Shown here piece by piece: positions 1-10,001 of a stretch of DNA of 64,000 bases. Position 1 is the first letter of the stretch. Every line of letters starts with the position of its first letter. A program made the translations under genes and the position numbers. Origin of the DNA: Planctomycetota bacterium. Lineage in GTDB: Bacteria > Planctomycetota > UBA1135 > UBA2386. The DNA is taken from assembly GCA_046290465.1 (NCBI GenBank), contig JBKAGP010000001.1, forward strand, positions 1,824,001 through 1,888,000, given 5' to 3'. The notes under the pieces are model-generated. The model did not search any database. It was not told the DNA's origin and worked only from the letters and a program-made list of their open reading frames with translations.

Positions 1-938
1 ATCGGGTTGCCGAGCCAGGCCGACAGGTTGCGTTCTTCGTCGGCCCACGACACCGGCGTGTGGATGTCGAGTTCCTGCACGGCTTCGCGCTCCGAGCAGA
101 CCTGCGCCGGCGTGCGGAACCGGAAGCTCTTGTCCTCGAGGACCAGCTCGGGCAGGTGACGCATGAACTCCAGGATCCCGGTCTGTTCGCTCTGGTGTTC
201 GCCGAAGGTCTCGTAGTCCATGAACAGCCCGACGAACTGCGCCGGCGGCGGCACGTCGTGGAGCCATTCGGCGTAGGTATCGGCAAACAGCGGGTAGGAG
301 GGCCACTTCCGATTCGAGAATCGGAACGCGATGTCGTCGGACAGCGAGTAGCTGCGCAGCAGCAGCTTCAGCCGTTCGCAGCCGCGCGGCCGGTACGGCA
401 CCTGCGGGCTGCGCCACTCGAGCAGGCGGTCGGCCCCCTCGCCGAGCATGCAGTCGAAGCCGAGGTCCTCGACCTGCTTGCAGATCGTGTTGTCCATGAT
501 CAGCTCGGTGTTGCGGAACGTCGTCGGCTTGCCGAACAGCTCCGTCACCGTCGCACGCTGGATCGCGACCTGCGCCGCGAACTCCTCAAGATCCCCGACC
601 GACGCCAGGCCGTGCTGGCTGGTCTCGCACAGGAACTCGACGCTGCCGGTCTCGGCCAGCGCGACGAACGAGTCGAGCGCCTCGGGCACCCAGTCCCGCA
701 GCTGGCGGATGACCGTGCCCGACAGCGAGAACGCGCAGCGGAACTGGCCGTCGGTGCGTTCGATCGCGTCGAGCAGCACCCGGTTCATCGGCAGGTAGCA
801 GCGCTCGGCGACGCGCTCGGCGACCAGCTTGTTGAGCGGGGTGTCCCAGTAGTCGAGCCGCCGGATCTTGTCCTGCGGCCGCAGCTTGTTCAGCCGGTAG
901 GGCTGGTGGACCTGGAAGTAGAAGACGATGTCGATCAC
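1..938 (-). CDS. Glycoside hydrolase family 57 protein (alpha-amylase-like), 3' end outside window
   Basis: Own translation from GTG at 938: MIDIVFYFQVHQPYRL...FSLSGT...EFLCET...FRNTELI...LSDDIAFRFS...LFMDYETFGEHQ, the GH57 conserved regions. GTGA overlap with the upstream stop. Confidence 0.9.
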   Translation of the reverse strand, partial: MIDIVFYFQVHQPYRLNKLRPQDKIRRLDYWDTPLNKLVAERVAERCYLPMNRVLLDAIERTDGQFRCAFSLSGTVIRQLRDWVPEALDSFVALAETGSVEFLCETSQHGLASVGDLEEFAAQVAIQRATVTELFGKPTTFRNTELIMDNTICKQVEDLGFDCMLGEGADRLLEWRSPQVPYRPRGCERLKLLLRSYSLSDDIAFRFSNRKWPSYPLFADTYAEWLHDVPPPAQFVGLFMDYETFGEHQSEQTGILEFMRHLPELVLEDKSFRFRTPAQVCSEREAVQELDIHTPVSWADEERNLSAWLGNP

Positions 939-2965
939 GACAGCTCCGTCGATCGGCCGGCCAGCACCGCGCGGCACAGCTCGTGCGCGCGCAACAGCTC
1001 GCCGGTGTTCCAGGCCTGGGCGAACGTGCCGCCAGGCCGATGAGGTGGGTCGCCGTCGAAGACCTCGCTGACGTGGTCGATGCCGGCACGGTCGAGCTCG
1101 CGCGCGAGCAGCTGCTCGAGCCACTGCAGCAGCTCGGTCGCGACCTTCTTGCGGCTGCGCCTCGCCGCGCCGCGCAGGCACGCCTCGACGTAGAAGCCGG
1201 CCGGCCACGGCCAGACGGTGCCCTGGTGGTAGGCGCGGTCGCGCCCCTCGAGGCCGCCGCCGTAGACGCCGACGTAGCTCGGCTCGTCCGGCGCCAACGT
1301 GCGCAGGCCGCACGGCGTCAGCAGCAGCTCGTTGGCCTTGTCGACGACGCCCTGGCGCTGCACGTTGCGCAGCGGCGAGCGCGACAGCGCCGCGGCGACC
1401 AGCATGTTGGGCCGCACGGCGCGGTCCGGCACGCCGTCGTGCACGCGATCGGCGAGGTAGCGGCCGTCCTTCAGCCAGAACGCCGCCACGAACGCCTTGC
1501 CGCAGCGATCGCGCTGCGCCGCGAACGAACCGTCGGCGTCGTCGACCTCGGCCAGGAACGCGAGCAGCGCGTACCAGAGCGCCTGGATCTCGACCGGCAG
1601 CCCCTGCCGCGGGGTCACCGGCCCCTGCGAGGTCTGCGCGTCCATCCAGGTGGCGTTGAGGTGCTCGCCGCCGGCGCGCAGCAGGTCGTCGTCGCCGACG
1701 ACCAGGCCGAGGTGCGTGCCGCGCCGGTAGGCCTCGGCGATGCTGCGCAGCGCCGGCACCAGCCGTTGTTGCAGCAGCCGTTGGTCACCGCCCGCATCGC
1801 GGTAGCGCATCACCGCCAACGCGTACCAGAGCGCCGCGTCACAGCTGCCGTAGTCGCTGTCGGTGACGTCCTCGCCGTAGATGTTCGGCAGCAGTCCCTC
1901 GTGCAGGAACGGCAGACAGCCGGTCAGCACCTGCTCGCAGAGGTCGACGCGCCCGCGCGCCAGGGTCAGCCCCGGCAGCGCCAAGAACACGTCGCGCCCC
2001 CACTCGCCGAACCACGGAAAGCCGGCCAGCACGCCGAGACGGCCACCGACGCCGTGGTAGAGGAAGTCGTCGGCACCGAGCTCGAGCCGCGCCGCGAGCG
2101 GGTGCTCGTCCTCGGCGACCGTCTGCGCCATCGCCTCGGCGCGCTGCAGCTCGATCGCGAACGCGTCGCTGGCGGCGGCGCACGGCTCGCCGAGCGCGAA
2201 CGCCGCCACCGCCTCGCCACCCGCCGCCAGGTCGAGCTCGAGCACGCCCGGGTTCCAGCGGTCGCCGACGTGGTCGTAGCCGCGCAGGCCGTCCATCGCG
2301 TACAGGAAGCCACGGTACCAGTGCGGCTGTGCGCCAAAGCCGGCGACGCCGTCGACCGTCAGCCACAGGTGCGGCAGGGAGTCGTTCGGACGGAAGCCCC
2401 AGCTGGCCCCGCGCGCGTGCACGGTCGCGTCGAACGACTCGTCGATCGGCGGCAGGTGGTCGACGTCGCACCAGCCGAGCAGCGGCCGGACCTCGACGCG
2501 CACCGGCAGCTCCGACAGGTTGCGCCAGCGCACCAGCAGCAGCGGCGGCCGATCGCCGTCCTGGCGCCGCAGCGCGACCGAACGTTCGAACACCCCCAGC
2601 TCGGTGCGGAACGTCCACGTCGGCAGCGGCCACCGCGCGAACGTGACGTCGGCCTCGGGCGGCGTCGGCACCGGCTGGTCGCGCCAGTGCGCGTGCATCA
2701 CGTGCGCCATGCGCGGTGCGCCGTCGTCGCCGACGCGGCGCGGCGGCCCGATCCGTTCGTCCAGATCGGCGACCACCATGTGGCGGCGCGCCGAGCCCTC
2801 GGGACGCACCACCCACAGACCGTGGTAGCGCCGCGTCGCCAGCGCCGCCGCCGTGCCGCAGGCGTAGCCGCCGCGTCCATCGGTGAGCAGCCATTCGGCG
2901 TCGCCGGGCAGGCTGGTGGATCGGGGCGAGGACTCCGACGGCGCGGAGGGGCGGGCTGCTGGCAT
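935..2965 (-). CDS. Glycogen debranching enzyme (amylo-alpha-1,6-glucosidase)
   Basis: EWLLTDGRGGYA..TRRYHGL N-domain; AGFPWFGEWGRD, GLLPN, TWMDA, PVEIQALWY, RPN, YHQGTVWPW, QAWN motifs. Confidence 0.92.
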   Translation of the reverse strand: MPAARPSAPSESSPRSTSLPGDAEWLLTDGRGGYACGTAAALATRRYHGLWVVRPEGSARRHMVVADLDERIGPPRRVGDDGAPRMAHVMHAHWRDQPVPTPPEADVTFARWPLPTWTFRTELGVFERSVALRRQDGDRPPLLLVRWRNLSELPVRVEVRPLLGWCDVDHLPPIDESFDATVHARGASWGFRPNDSLPHLWLTVDGVAGFGAQPHWYRGFLYAMDGLRGYDHVGDRWNPGVLELDLAAGGEAVAAFALGEPCAAASDAFAIELQRAEAMAQTVAEDEHPLAARLELGADDFLYHGVGGRLGVLAGFPWFGEWGRDVFLALPGLTLARGRVDLCEQVLTGCLPFLHEGLLPNIYGEDVTDSDYGSCDAALWYALAVMRYRDAGGDQRLLQQRLVPALRSIAEAYRRGTHLGLVVGDDDLLRAGGEHLNATWMDAQTSQGPVTPRQGLPVEIQALWYALLAFLAEVDDADGSFAAQRDRCGKAFVAAFWLKDGRYLADRVHDGVPDRAVRPNMLVAAALSRSPLRNVQRQGVVDKANELLLTPCGLRTLAPDEPSYVGVYGGGLEGRDRAYHQGTVWPWPAGFYVEACLRGAARRSRKKVATELLQWLEQLLARELDRAGIDHVSEVFDGDPPHRPGGTFAQAWNTGELLRAHELCRAVLAGRSTELS

Positions 2966-3117
2966 GGCTCGGGGGGCTGCGGGGGGTTCGAGCCTACGTC
3001 GCCAAGGTCCCGTATCAACGCATCATTCACGACAAGGAATCGCGATCGAGGCTGTCCATCCAACGCCCACGCATGCATTCTTTGGTCCGTCCGCTCGGCC
3101 GCACCCCGCGATCACGC

Positions 3118-4356
3118 ATGGTCCCGCTCGACCTCCGCAACACCCTCGTCTTCATCCTGGCGGGCGGCGCAGGCAGCCGCCTGATGCCGCTCACGACGCA
3201 CCGCGCGAAGCCGGCCGTGCCGTTCGGCGGCAGCTACCGGATCATCGACTTCACGCTCAGCAACTGCATCCACTCGGGCCTGCGCCGCATCCACCTGCTG
3301 ACGCAGTACCAGGCGCGCTCGCTCGAGGAGCACGTGCGCTTCGGCTGGAACTTCCTGCCGCGCCGCCTCGAGCAGTGGATCAGCTGCAGCCCACCGCACC
3401 ACGTCTCGGTCGGCAAGTGGTACCGCGGCACGTCGGACGCGATCTACCACAACCTCGACACGATCTACGACTGGAAGCCGACCAACGTGATCATCCTGTC
3501 GGGCGATCACATCTACCAGATGGATTACCGCGACATGCTCCGCGAACACGTCGAGCACGAAGCGGCGCTGACCATCGGCGCGGTCAAGATCCCGGTCGAG
3601 GAGGCCCCGAGCTTCGGCATCCTGCAGGTCGACGACGAGGGCCGCATCATCGGCTTCGTCGAGAAGCCGAAGGAGAACGCGCCGGAGATCCCTGGCGAGC
3701 CCGGCTACTGCCTCGCGTCGATGGGCATCTACGTGTTCGAGACCGAGGAGCTGGTCCGCCGGCTGCAGGAGGACGGCAAGATGCCGGAGGGCGAGGGCGG
3801 TGACTTCGGCCACCACGTGATCCCGCGCATGCTCGGCGAGGTCCCGATCTACGCGCACGCGTTCCAGGGCCTCGGCGGCGAGGATCCGCCCTACTGGCGC
3901 GACGTCGGCACGATCGAAGCCTACTTCGACGCGCACATGGACCTGATCAGCGTCAAGCCGCAGCTCAACCTCTACCGCAAGGACTGGCCGACCTACACGC
4001 TGTGGCACAACGACCCGCCGGCCAAGACCGTCTTCAACGAGGACGGCGACGGCCGCCGCGCGGAGGTCGCCGACTCGCTGCTGGCACCGGGCGTCGTGGT
4101 CAGCGGCGGCAAGGTGCGCCGTTCGATCCTCAGCAACCTCGTCTACGTCGACGAGCACAGCGAGCTCGACGAGTGCATCGTGATGCGCGGCGCCACCATC
4201 GGCCGCAACTGCAAGCTGCGCCGCTGCATCATCGACAAGTGGAACGAGCTGCCCGAGGGCACGGTGATCGGCTACGACCGCGAACAGGACGAGAAGCGGT
4301 TCACGGTGTCGCAGACCGGCATCGTGGTGGTCGCGCAGAACCACCGCTGGGACTAG
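3118..4356 (+). CDS. glgC: Glucose-1-phosphate adenylyltransferase
   Basis: ILAGGAGSRLMPLT..RAKPAVPFGG.YRIIDF, WYRGT.DA, LSGDHIY.MDY, FVEKP, ASMGIYVF, YWRDVGT; start ATG 3118 preferred over 3073. Confidence 0.97.
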   Translation: MVPLDLRNTLVFILAGGAGSRLMPLTTHRAKPAVPFGGSYRIIDFTLSNCIHSGLRRIHLLTQYQARSLEEHVRFGWNFLPRRLEQWISCSPPHHVSVGKWYRGTSDAIYHNLDTIYDWKPTNVIILSGDHIYQMDYRDMLREHVEHEAALTIGAVKIPVEEAPSFGILQVDDEGRIIGFVEKPKENAPEIPGEPGYCLASMGIYVFETEELVRRLQEDGKMPEGEGGDFGHHVIPRMLGEVPIYAHAFQGLGGEDPPYWRDVGTIEAYFDAHMDLISVKPQLNLYRKDWPTYTLWHNDPPAKTVFNEDGDGRRAEVADSLLAPGVVVSGGKVRRSILSNLVYVDEHSELDECIVMRGATIGRNCKLRRCIIDKWNELPEGTVIGYDREQDEKRFTVSQTGIVVVAQNHRWD

Positions 4357-4387
4357 GAGCGCGTCCATGTAATGGACGCGCTCCTGG
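4353..4387. repeat. Palindromic core of the CTAG-bounded dispersed repeat (two right ends head to head)
   Basis: CTAGGAGCGCGTCCAT-GTA-ATGGACGCGCTCCTGG; same end sequence as the copies at 16917, 31383 and 58428. Confidence 0.85.
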
Positions 4388-5292
4388 CGGCCGCGCAGGG
4401 CCACCGAGGCGGCCTCGCGCAGGTCCTCGGGCACCTGCTCGAGCATGGCCGCCATCGGCACCTCCCACAGGGTCCAGATCGTCGTGACCCGCGTGTCGGG
4501 ACGGTGGCCGTCCAGCGGGAACGGACGGCGGAACCAGTCGGCGCGCTGCACCGGCGCGATCCGGTCGATGCCGCGATCGGCTGCCGCCGACGCGACCCGG
4601 AAGCCGACGGCCGGAGCGAGCCGGGCGAGCAGCCGTTCGCGCACGTCCGAACGCGTCGCGGCGAGCGCGGCCCGGCTGGTCGCCGCCGGCATTTCGCCGA
4701 ACGTGCGCAGGGCCAACCGCACGTAGCCTTGCCTGGCCGGCGGCGCCGCATACCACGCGGGCGGCGCGTCGAGGCGCTGCCACCGCACGACGTCGCGCAA
4801 CAGGATCCACTCGACCCGGCCCTGCAGCTGCGGGTCGAGCTCGGCCAGCGCCGCTCGGATCGGCAGTTGCCAGCGCAGGTAGGCCGCGCCGACGGTCTGG
4901 CCGGGACCGCGCGCACCGGGGATGCGGCGGGTCGGCTCGGCCGCCGCCTCGACCAGCTGCACGTGGCGCACCAGCACCTCGACGACCGCAGACGCTCGCT
5001 CGTCCCCGAGCACCGGCGTGACGTGTTCGGTGAGCACGCGGCGCACGTCCCGTTCGCCGAGCATGCCCGCGCGGGTCTGCGCCAGCTCCCGGTTCGAGCC
5101 GCGGCGCACCGTCGCGAACGCGAACATGCCCGCCTTGCGCGCGGGTTTCGCCACCCAGCCGGGCTGCTCGTCGCAGCTCCGCCACTGCAACGGCCGGCCA
5201 CCGACGTCAGCGGCCGCGATCGGCTCCTGTTCGGACTGGGCCAGCGCGGGCAGCGCGAGCGCGAGGACGAGCGACGGCGAGAGCAACTTCAT
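4384..5292 (-). CDS. Secreted protein with two internal repeats, paralog of 5336-6247. Expected stop reads CAG, so the ORF runs on to 3112.
   Basis: Signal peptide MKLLSPSLVLALALPALA-Q; colinear with the 303-aa neighbour up to codon 302; codon 303 (4386-4384) is CAG inside the repeat end. Confidence 0.7.
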
Positions 5293-5335
5293 GGCGGTGC
5301 GGCAACGAGGCGGGCGGGCGCCGGTTCCCTTCGTT

Positions 5336-6247
5336 CTACCGTCCGTGCTGTTCGAGCACCGCACGCACGGCGGGCCGTTCGATCCTCGGCGCCGCCTGCG
5401 CGACCTTCTCGATCGAGATCTCCCAGATCGACCAGCCGACCACGCGCGCACCGAACGGCGCATCGGGGCCAACCTCCTTGGAGAAGGCGCGCCGCACCGG
5501 CACGATGCCGTCGAGGCCGGCGCGGATCGCCGCGTCGGCGCGCTCCTTGCCGAGCATCGGCGCCAGCAGCTCGTAGACCGCTTCGTGCATGGTCGCGCGC
5601 ACGAACGCCCCGGACTTGCTCTGCATGCCCCGGGTGCGGGCGCCGTGCACGACCAACCCCAGCCGGAAGTAGCCCGGCCGCGTCGGCACGTCGTCGACCC
5701 AGCCCGGCCGCTCCTCGACGTACTGCCAGCGCGCGAACGGCCGCAGCAGCAGCCACTCGACCTGGCTGCGCAGCGCGGCCTGCGGGCCTTCGGAGGCCTC
5801 CCGCTCGGCCAGCACGGTCTGCAGTGGGACGGCCCACGCCAGCGCCGCGACCCAGACGCCGTCGACGTCCGGGCTCGGATAGGTGACGAGCTCGACCAGC
5901 TTGCTGCGCTCGCGCAGATCGAGCGCGAGCTTCGTCGCGCGCTGGTCACCGAGCGCGGGCTGCAGGTGTTGATGGAGCAGGTTCTGGATCTCGACCGCGG
6001 CCCGGCCGCGGCCGCGGGACGCGGCGCTCTCGCTGCTCTTGGCGGTCTCGAGGGTGACGTAGACGAAGTGTGCGCGGCGCTGCTCCGGCCGCTCGACCCA
6101 TGCAGGCTTGCGGTCCAGCTCGGTCCACTCGAGCGCCCAGGCCGTCTCGACGTCCTCGAACGCCACCGGCCGCGGGATCCAGCGCTGGGCCGCAACGGAC
6201 AGGCAGGGACCGAGGCACACCAGCGCGGTCACGAGAGCCCTCTTCAT
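5336..6247 (-). CDS. Secreted hypothetical protein with two internal repeats (W-x6-P-x-WV, LPP20-like start)
   Basis: Signal peptide ...SVAA-Q; repeats LEWTELDRKPAWVERP and ARWQYVEERPGWVDDVP. Confidence 0.75.
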   Translation of the reverse strand: MKRALVTALVCLGPCLSVAAQRWIPRPVAFEDVETAWALEWTELDRKPAWVERPEQRRAHFVYVTLETAKSSESAASRGRGRAAVEIQNLLHQHLQPALGDQRATKLALDLRERSKLVELVTYPSPDVDGVWVAALAWAVPLQTVLAEREASEGPQAALRSQVEWLLLRPFARWQYVEERPGWVDDVPTRPGYFRLGLVVHGARTRGMQSKSGAFVRATMHEAVYELLAPMLGKERADAAIRAGLDGIVPVRRAFSKEVGPDAPFGARVVGWSIWEISIEKVAQAAPRIERPAVRAVLEQHGR

Positions 6248-6315
6248 GGCGCCATTCTACGCAAGGCCGCCGGCAAGCCTCCCGGTTGGCGCGCCGACTT
6301 CGCAGAACGGGCCGC

Positions 6316-7950
6316 TCAGAGCCGCTCGAGGCGGCGCGCCGCGGCGATCGTCTCCGGCGTGTGGTCGGCCGCGTCGTAGATCTCGACGAACGTCTCGCAC
6401 TCCTCGGCGTCGACGTAGCGCAGGTCGTCGACCCAGTGCGGCGGGATCGGCTGGTAGTGCACCCAGACCAGCACCGTCGCCTTCGGCAGGCCCTGCGCGT
6501 ACGGCACGACCACCCGCACGGTGTCGCTGCCGCCGACGAAGTCGGCATCGTCGCCGATGCCGACCGGCGCGGTGTCGGCAGCGTGCGGGCCGTCGGCGCG
6601 CCAGCCCTTCGGCAGCAGCCGGTTGTCCTTGCGGCGACGCGCCATCCGGGTCAGCGAAGTGGTCGGCTCCCCGTCCGGATCGTCGGCGACCTGCTCCCAG
6701 ACCAGCACGTCGAACGTCGACTCGATCCGGTCGACGTGCTCGTGTTCGAGCGGGCTGATCACGCCCTCGATCGCCCCATCGCGGTCGAAGCCGCCGCAGT
6801 CGAACACGACGCCCTGCTCGTTCTCGACCCGCACGTGCAGCCACGCGCGCCGCGCCGGATAGCCGGTCGGAAACTTGTGCCCGGTCAGGTTGTCGACGCG
6901 CACCTCGAAGTGCAGTTCGTCGCCGCGGTGCGCGACCTCGCCGATGGTGACGTCCACCGTCGCCGTCGTCAGCTGCCGCCGCGTCGCCTTGGCCATGCGG
7001 CGCAGGTCCTGTGCCGAGGCCTCGACTCCGAGCCGTTCGCGGTGGTCGGCGAGCAGTTCGAGCAGGAACGCGTTGCCGCCGACGAACGCGTGCGCGCGGT
7101 ACGGCCCGCGCGCCGGCAGCAGGAAGTCGCTGCCGTCCGGGTTGCGCGCGATGCGGGTCGGCCCGACGTCGGCCATGTGGCACTGCTGGCAGGTGCGCGA
7201 CGCGCCGGTCGCCCCCTCCTCGTCGCTGAACACGCTGTTGCGCCACTCGAGGTACGGCGTCTGCTCCGGGAAGCGCTCGCCCTGGTGGCGGGTCGACAAC
7301 GTATGGCAGGTGCCGCACAGCGCCGCGTCGCGCAGGTGTTCGCCGTGCATCGCCGCGTAGCCACTCATGCCGCGCATCACGTCGGCCTCGGGGTGTTCGT
7401 AGGGGCCGTAGATCACCCGGCCTCGCCCGATCCGCCCCTTGCCGTCGAAGGTGGTCTCGTCGCCGAGGCTGCGCGCGCGGATCTGGTGGCAGACCGTGCA
7501 CGACACGCCGTCCCGTGCCAGCGGGTCGTCGGCCGCCTGGCGCACCGACAGCGGCTCCTGGCCACCCATCGTGCGCGTGCGCTCGTGCATCGGCGCGTGG
7601 CAGCGCATGCAGAAGCCCTGCAGTTCGCCGGCGCGGTCGGGCTGCTCGGCGCACTCGCGCGCGACCGCGGCCCGCCAGTACGGGTCGCGAAAGCTGTTGG
7701 CCATCACCGTGGCCTGCCACAGCCGGTGCGGCGAGACGTCCTCGCCGAGGCGAGAGCGCATCGCGTTGCTGTTCTCGGCGCCACTGTGGCAACGCGCACA
7801 GCCGTCGGCGGTCGCGAACACCTCGTTGCTGCCGGCCGGCCGCCCCCCGCCCCACGCGGGTCCGGGGCCGAGCGGACGGCGCGGATCCTGGACGAACGCG
7901 GTCGCGCCGCACCAGCTGGCGAGCGCGAGCGCCAGCAGGCGGCGACGCAT
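6316..7950 (-). CDS. Secreted multiheme cytochrome c (5 CxxCH)
   Basis: CARCH, CMRCH, CTVCH, CGTCH, CQQCH; GHKFPTGYP motif; N-terminal signal peptide. Confidence 0.9.
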   Translation of the reverse strand: MRRRLLALALASWCGATAFVQDPRRPLGPGPAWGGGRPAGSNEVFATADGCARCHSGAENSNAMRSRLGEDVSPHRLWQATVMANSFRDPYWRAAVARECAEQPDRAGELQGFCMRCHAPMHERTRTMGGQEPLSVRQAADDPLARDGVSCTVCHQIRARSLGDETTFDGKGRIGRGRVIYGPYEHPEADVMRGMSGYAAMHGEHLRDAALCGTCHTLSTRHQGERFPEQTPYLEWRNSVFSDEEGATGASRTCQQCHMADVGPTRIARNPDGSDFLLPARGPYRAHAFVGGNAFLLELLADHRERLGVEASAQDLRRMAKATRRQLTTATVDVTIGEVAHRGDELHFEVRVDNLTGHKFPTGYPARRAWLHVRVENEQGVVFDCGGFDRDGAIEGVISPLEHEHVDRIESTFDVLVWEQVADDPDGEPTTSLTRMARRRKDNRLLPKGWRADGPHAADTAPVGIGDDADFVGGSDTVRVVVPYAQGLPKATVLVWVHYQPIPPHWVDDLRYVDAEECETFVEIYDAADHTPETIAAARRLERL

Positions 7951-7954
7951 GCGA

Positions 7955-8710
7955 TCAGGCCTCGGCTTCGGCCTTCTGCGGCAGCAGTTCGCCGAGGAAC
8001 TGCGGCAGCATCTTGCGCCAGGTCACCCAGTCGTGGCGCCACTCGGTGCCCCACGCGTCGACGCGGTTGGGGATGCCCTTGGGCCCGAGCACGCGCTCGA
8101 CGTTCCAGCTCTGCTGCGGCTCCTCGTAGTCGCCCTGGCCGTGCGCCAGCAGGATGAAGCGCTGCTTGAGCAATTCGAGGTGCTTGCCCTCGAGGTCCGG
8201 CACGAAGTCGAGCGGCGAACTCTCGTAGTAGTCGCGCGTCATCTCGCCATCGAGGAACTTGTTCATGTTGTAGGTGCCGCTCATGCAGATCGCCGTCTGG
8301 AACTTGTCCGGGTGGCGACACAGCACCGACAGCGCGTTGAACGCGCCGATCGACGAACCGGCGGCCCAGATCATGCCGCCGTCGCCACCGCAGTCGCGGT
8401 GGATGGCCGGTACGACCTCGTTGACGATGCACTGGTCGAAGCGGTTCTGCGCGGCGGCAGCCTCGCGCAGCGTGCGGCACTCCTGCAGCCACGCCTGGCC
8501 GGCCAGCGAGTCGACCACGTAGACCTTCAACCGCAGGTCCTTGATGAACTCGCCGATCGCGCTGATCAGGTGGAACCGCTCCGGCTCCTCGGCATCGCCA
8601 CCGGCGGTCGGGAACAGCAGCAGCGGTGTGCCGGACACGCCGTAGCGGCAGAAGGTGATCTCGCGGCCGCCCATCGACGGCGACTTCCAGGTGATCTTGT
8701 GCTTGCTCAC
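7955..8710 (-). CDS. Putative esterase, alpha/beta hydrolase
   Basis: W.SPSMG..YG..G.PLLLFPTAGG, nucleophile elbow GSSIG, C-terminal HDWVTW. Confidence 0.85.
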   Translation of the reverse strand: MSKHKITWKSPSMGGREITFCRYGVSGTPLLLFPTAGGDAEEPERFHLISAIGEFIKDLRLKVYVVDSLAGQAWLQECRTLREAAAAQNRFDQCIVNEVVPAIHRDCGGDGGMIWAAGSSIGAFNALSVLCRHPDKFQTAICMSGTYNMNKFLDGEMTRDYYESSPLDFVPDLEGKHLELLKQRFILLAHGQGDYEEPQQSWNVERVLGPKGIPNRVDAWGTEWRHDWVTWRKMLPQFLGELLPQKAEAEA

Positions 8711-8737
8711 GACTGCGGAGAGGAGGGGTCGGGTGGA

Positions 8738-9982
8738 TCAGGCGGTGGCCGAGGCCATCTCGTCGACGGACTGCTGCACCAGCGCATGGAAGCGTCCGGT
8801 GAACTCGTCGACCTCGTGCTCGGGGAACAGGTTGGCGACCTTCAGCCGGATCGCCTGCTCGCAGCGCTCGCTGCGGAACCACGCGTAGGCGGCCTCCTCG
8901 AGCGGCTGCAGGTACTTCTTGCAGAAGGCCTCGAAGTCGTCGGTTGCCAGCCGCTCGCGCGCGATCGCGGCGTAGCCGGCGAGCTTCTCGCGGTACGGCA
9001 GGTCCTTGCCGGCGATCGCGTAGTAGGGCTCGAAGTCGAGCGTCTTGCGCATCGGCCGCTGCGTCGCCGCGTTGAACACCGCCCACTTGAGGTTGCTGAT
9101 CACGTACCACGGCCAGTGGTAGTGGATCGAGTTGACCTGGTTGTCCGGGCACGGGTTGGCGAAGTCGATCGGGTAGAACACGCCGTCGCGCCGCAGCATC
9201 TCGCAGCTGTTGAAGTCCCAGCCGAAGAACGTGTTGATCGTCAGGCAGGTGTCCTCGATCAGCTGCCGCGCCTCGTCGTCGACGAAGTCGCGATCGATCC
9301 GGTAGCGCTCGTGCAGCGGCTGGCTCGGGTCGTACTTCATGACGCGCACCTGCGGGCCGATGCCGACCGCGCGCACGAACACGTCGAAGCCCTTGACCGC
9401 TTCCTGCAGGTGCATCAGGTCGGTGCCGCTCGCGTCGTAGGCCTTGGTCAGCCCGTCGGCGTCGTCGACCTTGGTGACGCCGCGCCAGCCGCCGCCGTCG
9501 AACGGCTTGAGGAAGGACGGGTAGCCGAGTTGCTCCCCGATCGGACCGAGGTCGAACAGCTTCGCGTAGTGCTGCAGCGTGTAGTCGAGGTCGCTGAGTT
9601 CGCCGTAGCTCTTCTGCGGCAGCATCACCGTCTTCGGGATCGGCATGCCGAGCACCGTCATCGCGCAGTAGCTCGAGTGCTTCTCGTAGCTCTGCACCGA
9701 CCACGGATTGTTGTAGACGTAGAGGTCGTCCATCAGCACGCCCTTCTTGATCCACTCCCGCTGCAGCGTGAACCAGTGGGTCAGGCGGTCGACGACGACG
9801 TCGTACTTGCAGCCCTGCTCGAGCAGGAACGGCTGCAGGTCGACGCGCTCGCACGCGAAGTCGACGGTCTGCCTGCCGATCTTCAGCTTCAGCTTGCTGT
9901 CGGCGAGGATCTGTTCGAACGCGAGCGGCCAACAGATGTCGGCGCCGAGGGAGAGACCGATGTGACGAGTGACGGCGGGCAT
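8738..9982 (-). CDS. ATP-grasp amide/peptide ligase (RimK/GshB-like fold)
   Basis: VYNNP..EKH, GMPIPKT, YPSFLKPFDGGGWRGV, LQEAV, FNSCE..YPIDFANP. Confidence 0.85.
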   Translation of the reverse strand: MPAVTRHIGLSLGADICWPLAFEQILADSKLKLKIGRQTVDFACERVDLQPFLLEQGCKYDVVVDRLTHWFTLQREWIKKGVLMDDLYVYNNPWSVQSYEKHSSYCAMTVLGMPIPKTVMLPQKSYGELSDLDYTLQHYAKLFDLGPIGEQLGYPSFLKPFDGGGWRGVTKVDDADGLTKAYDASGTDLMHLQEAVKGFDVFVRAVGIGPQVRVMKYDPSQPLHERYRIDRDFVDDEARQLIEDTCLTINTFFGWDFNSCEMLRRDGVFYPIDFANPCPDNQVNSIHYHWPWYVISNLKWAVFNAATQRPMRKTLDFEPYYAIAGKDLPYREKLAGYAAIARERLATDDFEAFCKKYLQPLEEAAYAWFRSERCEQAIRLKVANLFPEHEVDEFTGRFHALVQQSVDEMASATA

Positions 9983-10001
9983 GGGCTACGGGCCAGAGAC
10001 C

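Noticed and set aside
2948..2986. G-quadruplex at the debranching/glgC divergent region
   Set aside because: Four G-runs are present, but one loop is 15 nt and such runs are expected at this GC content
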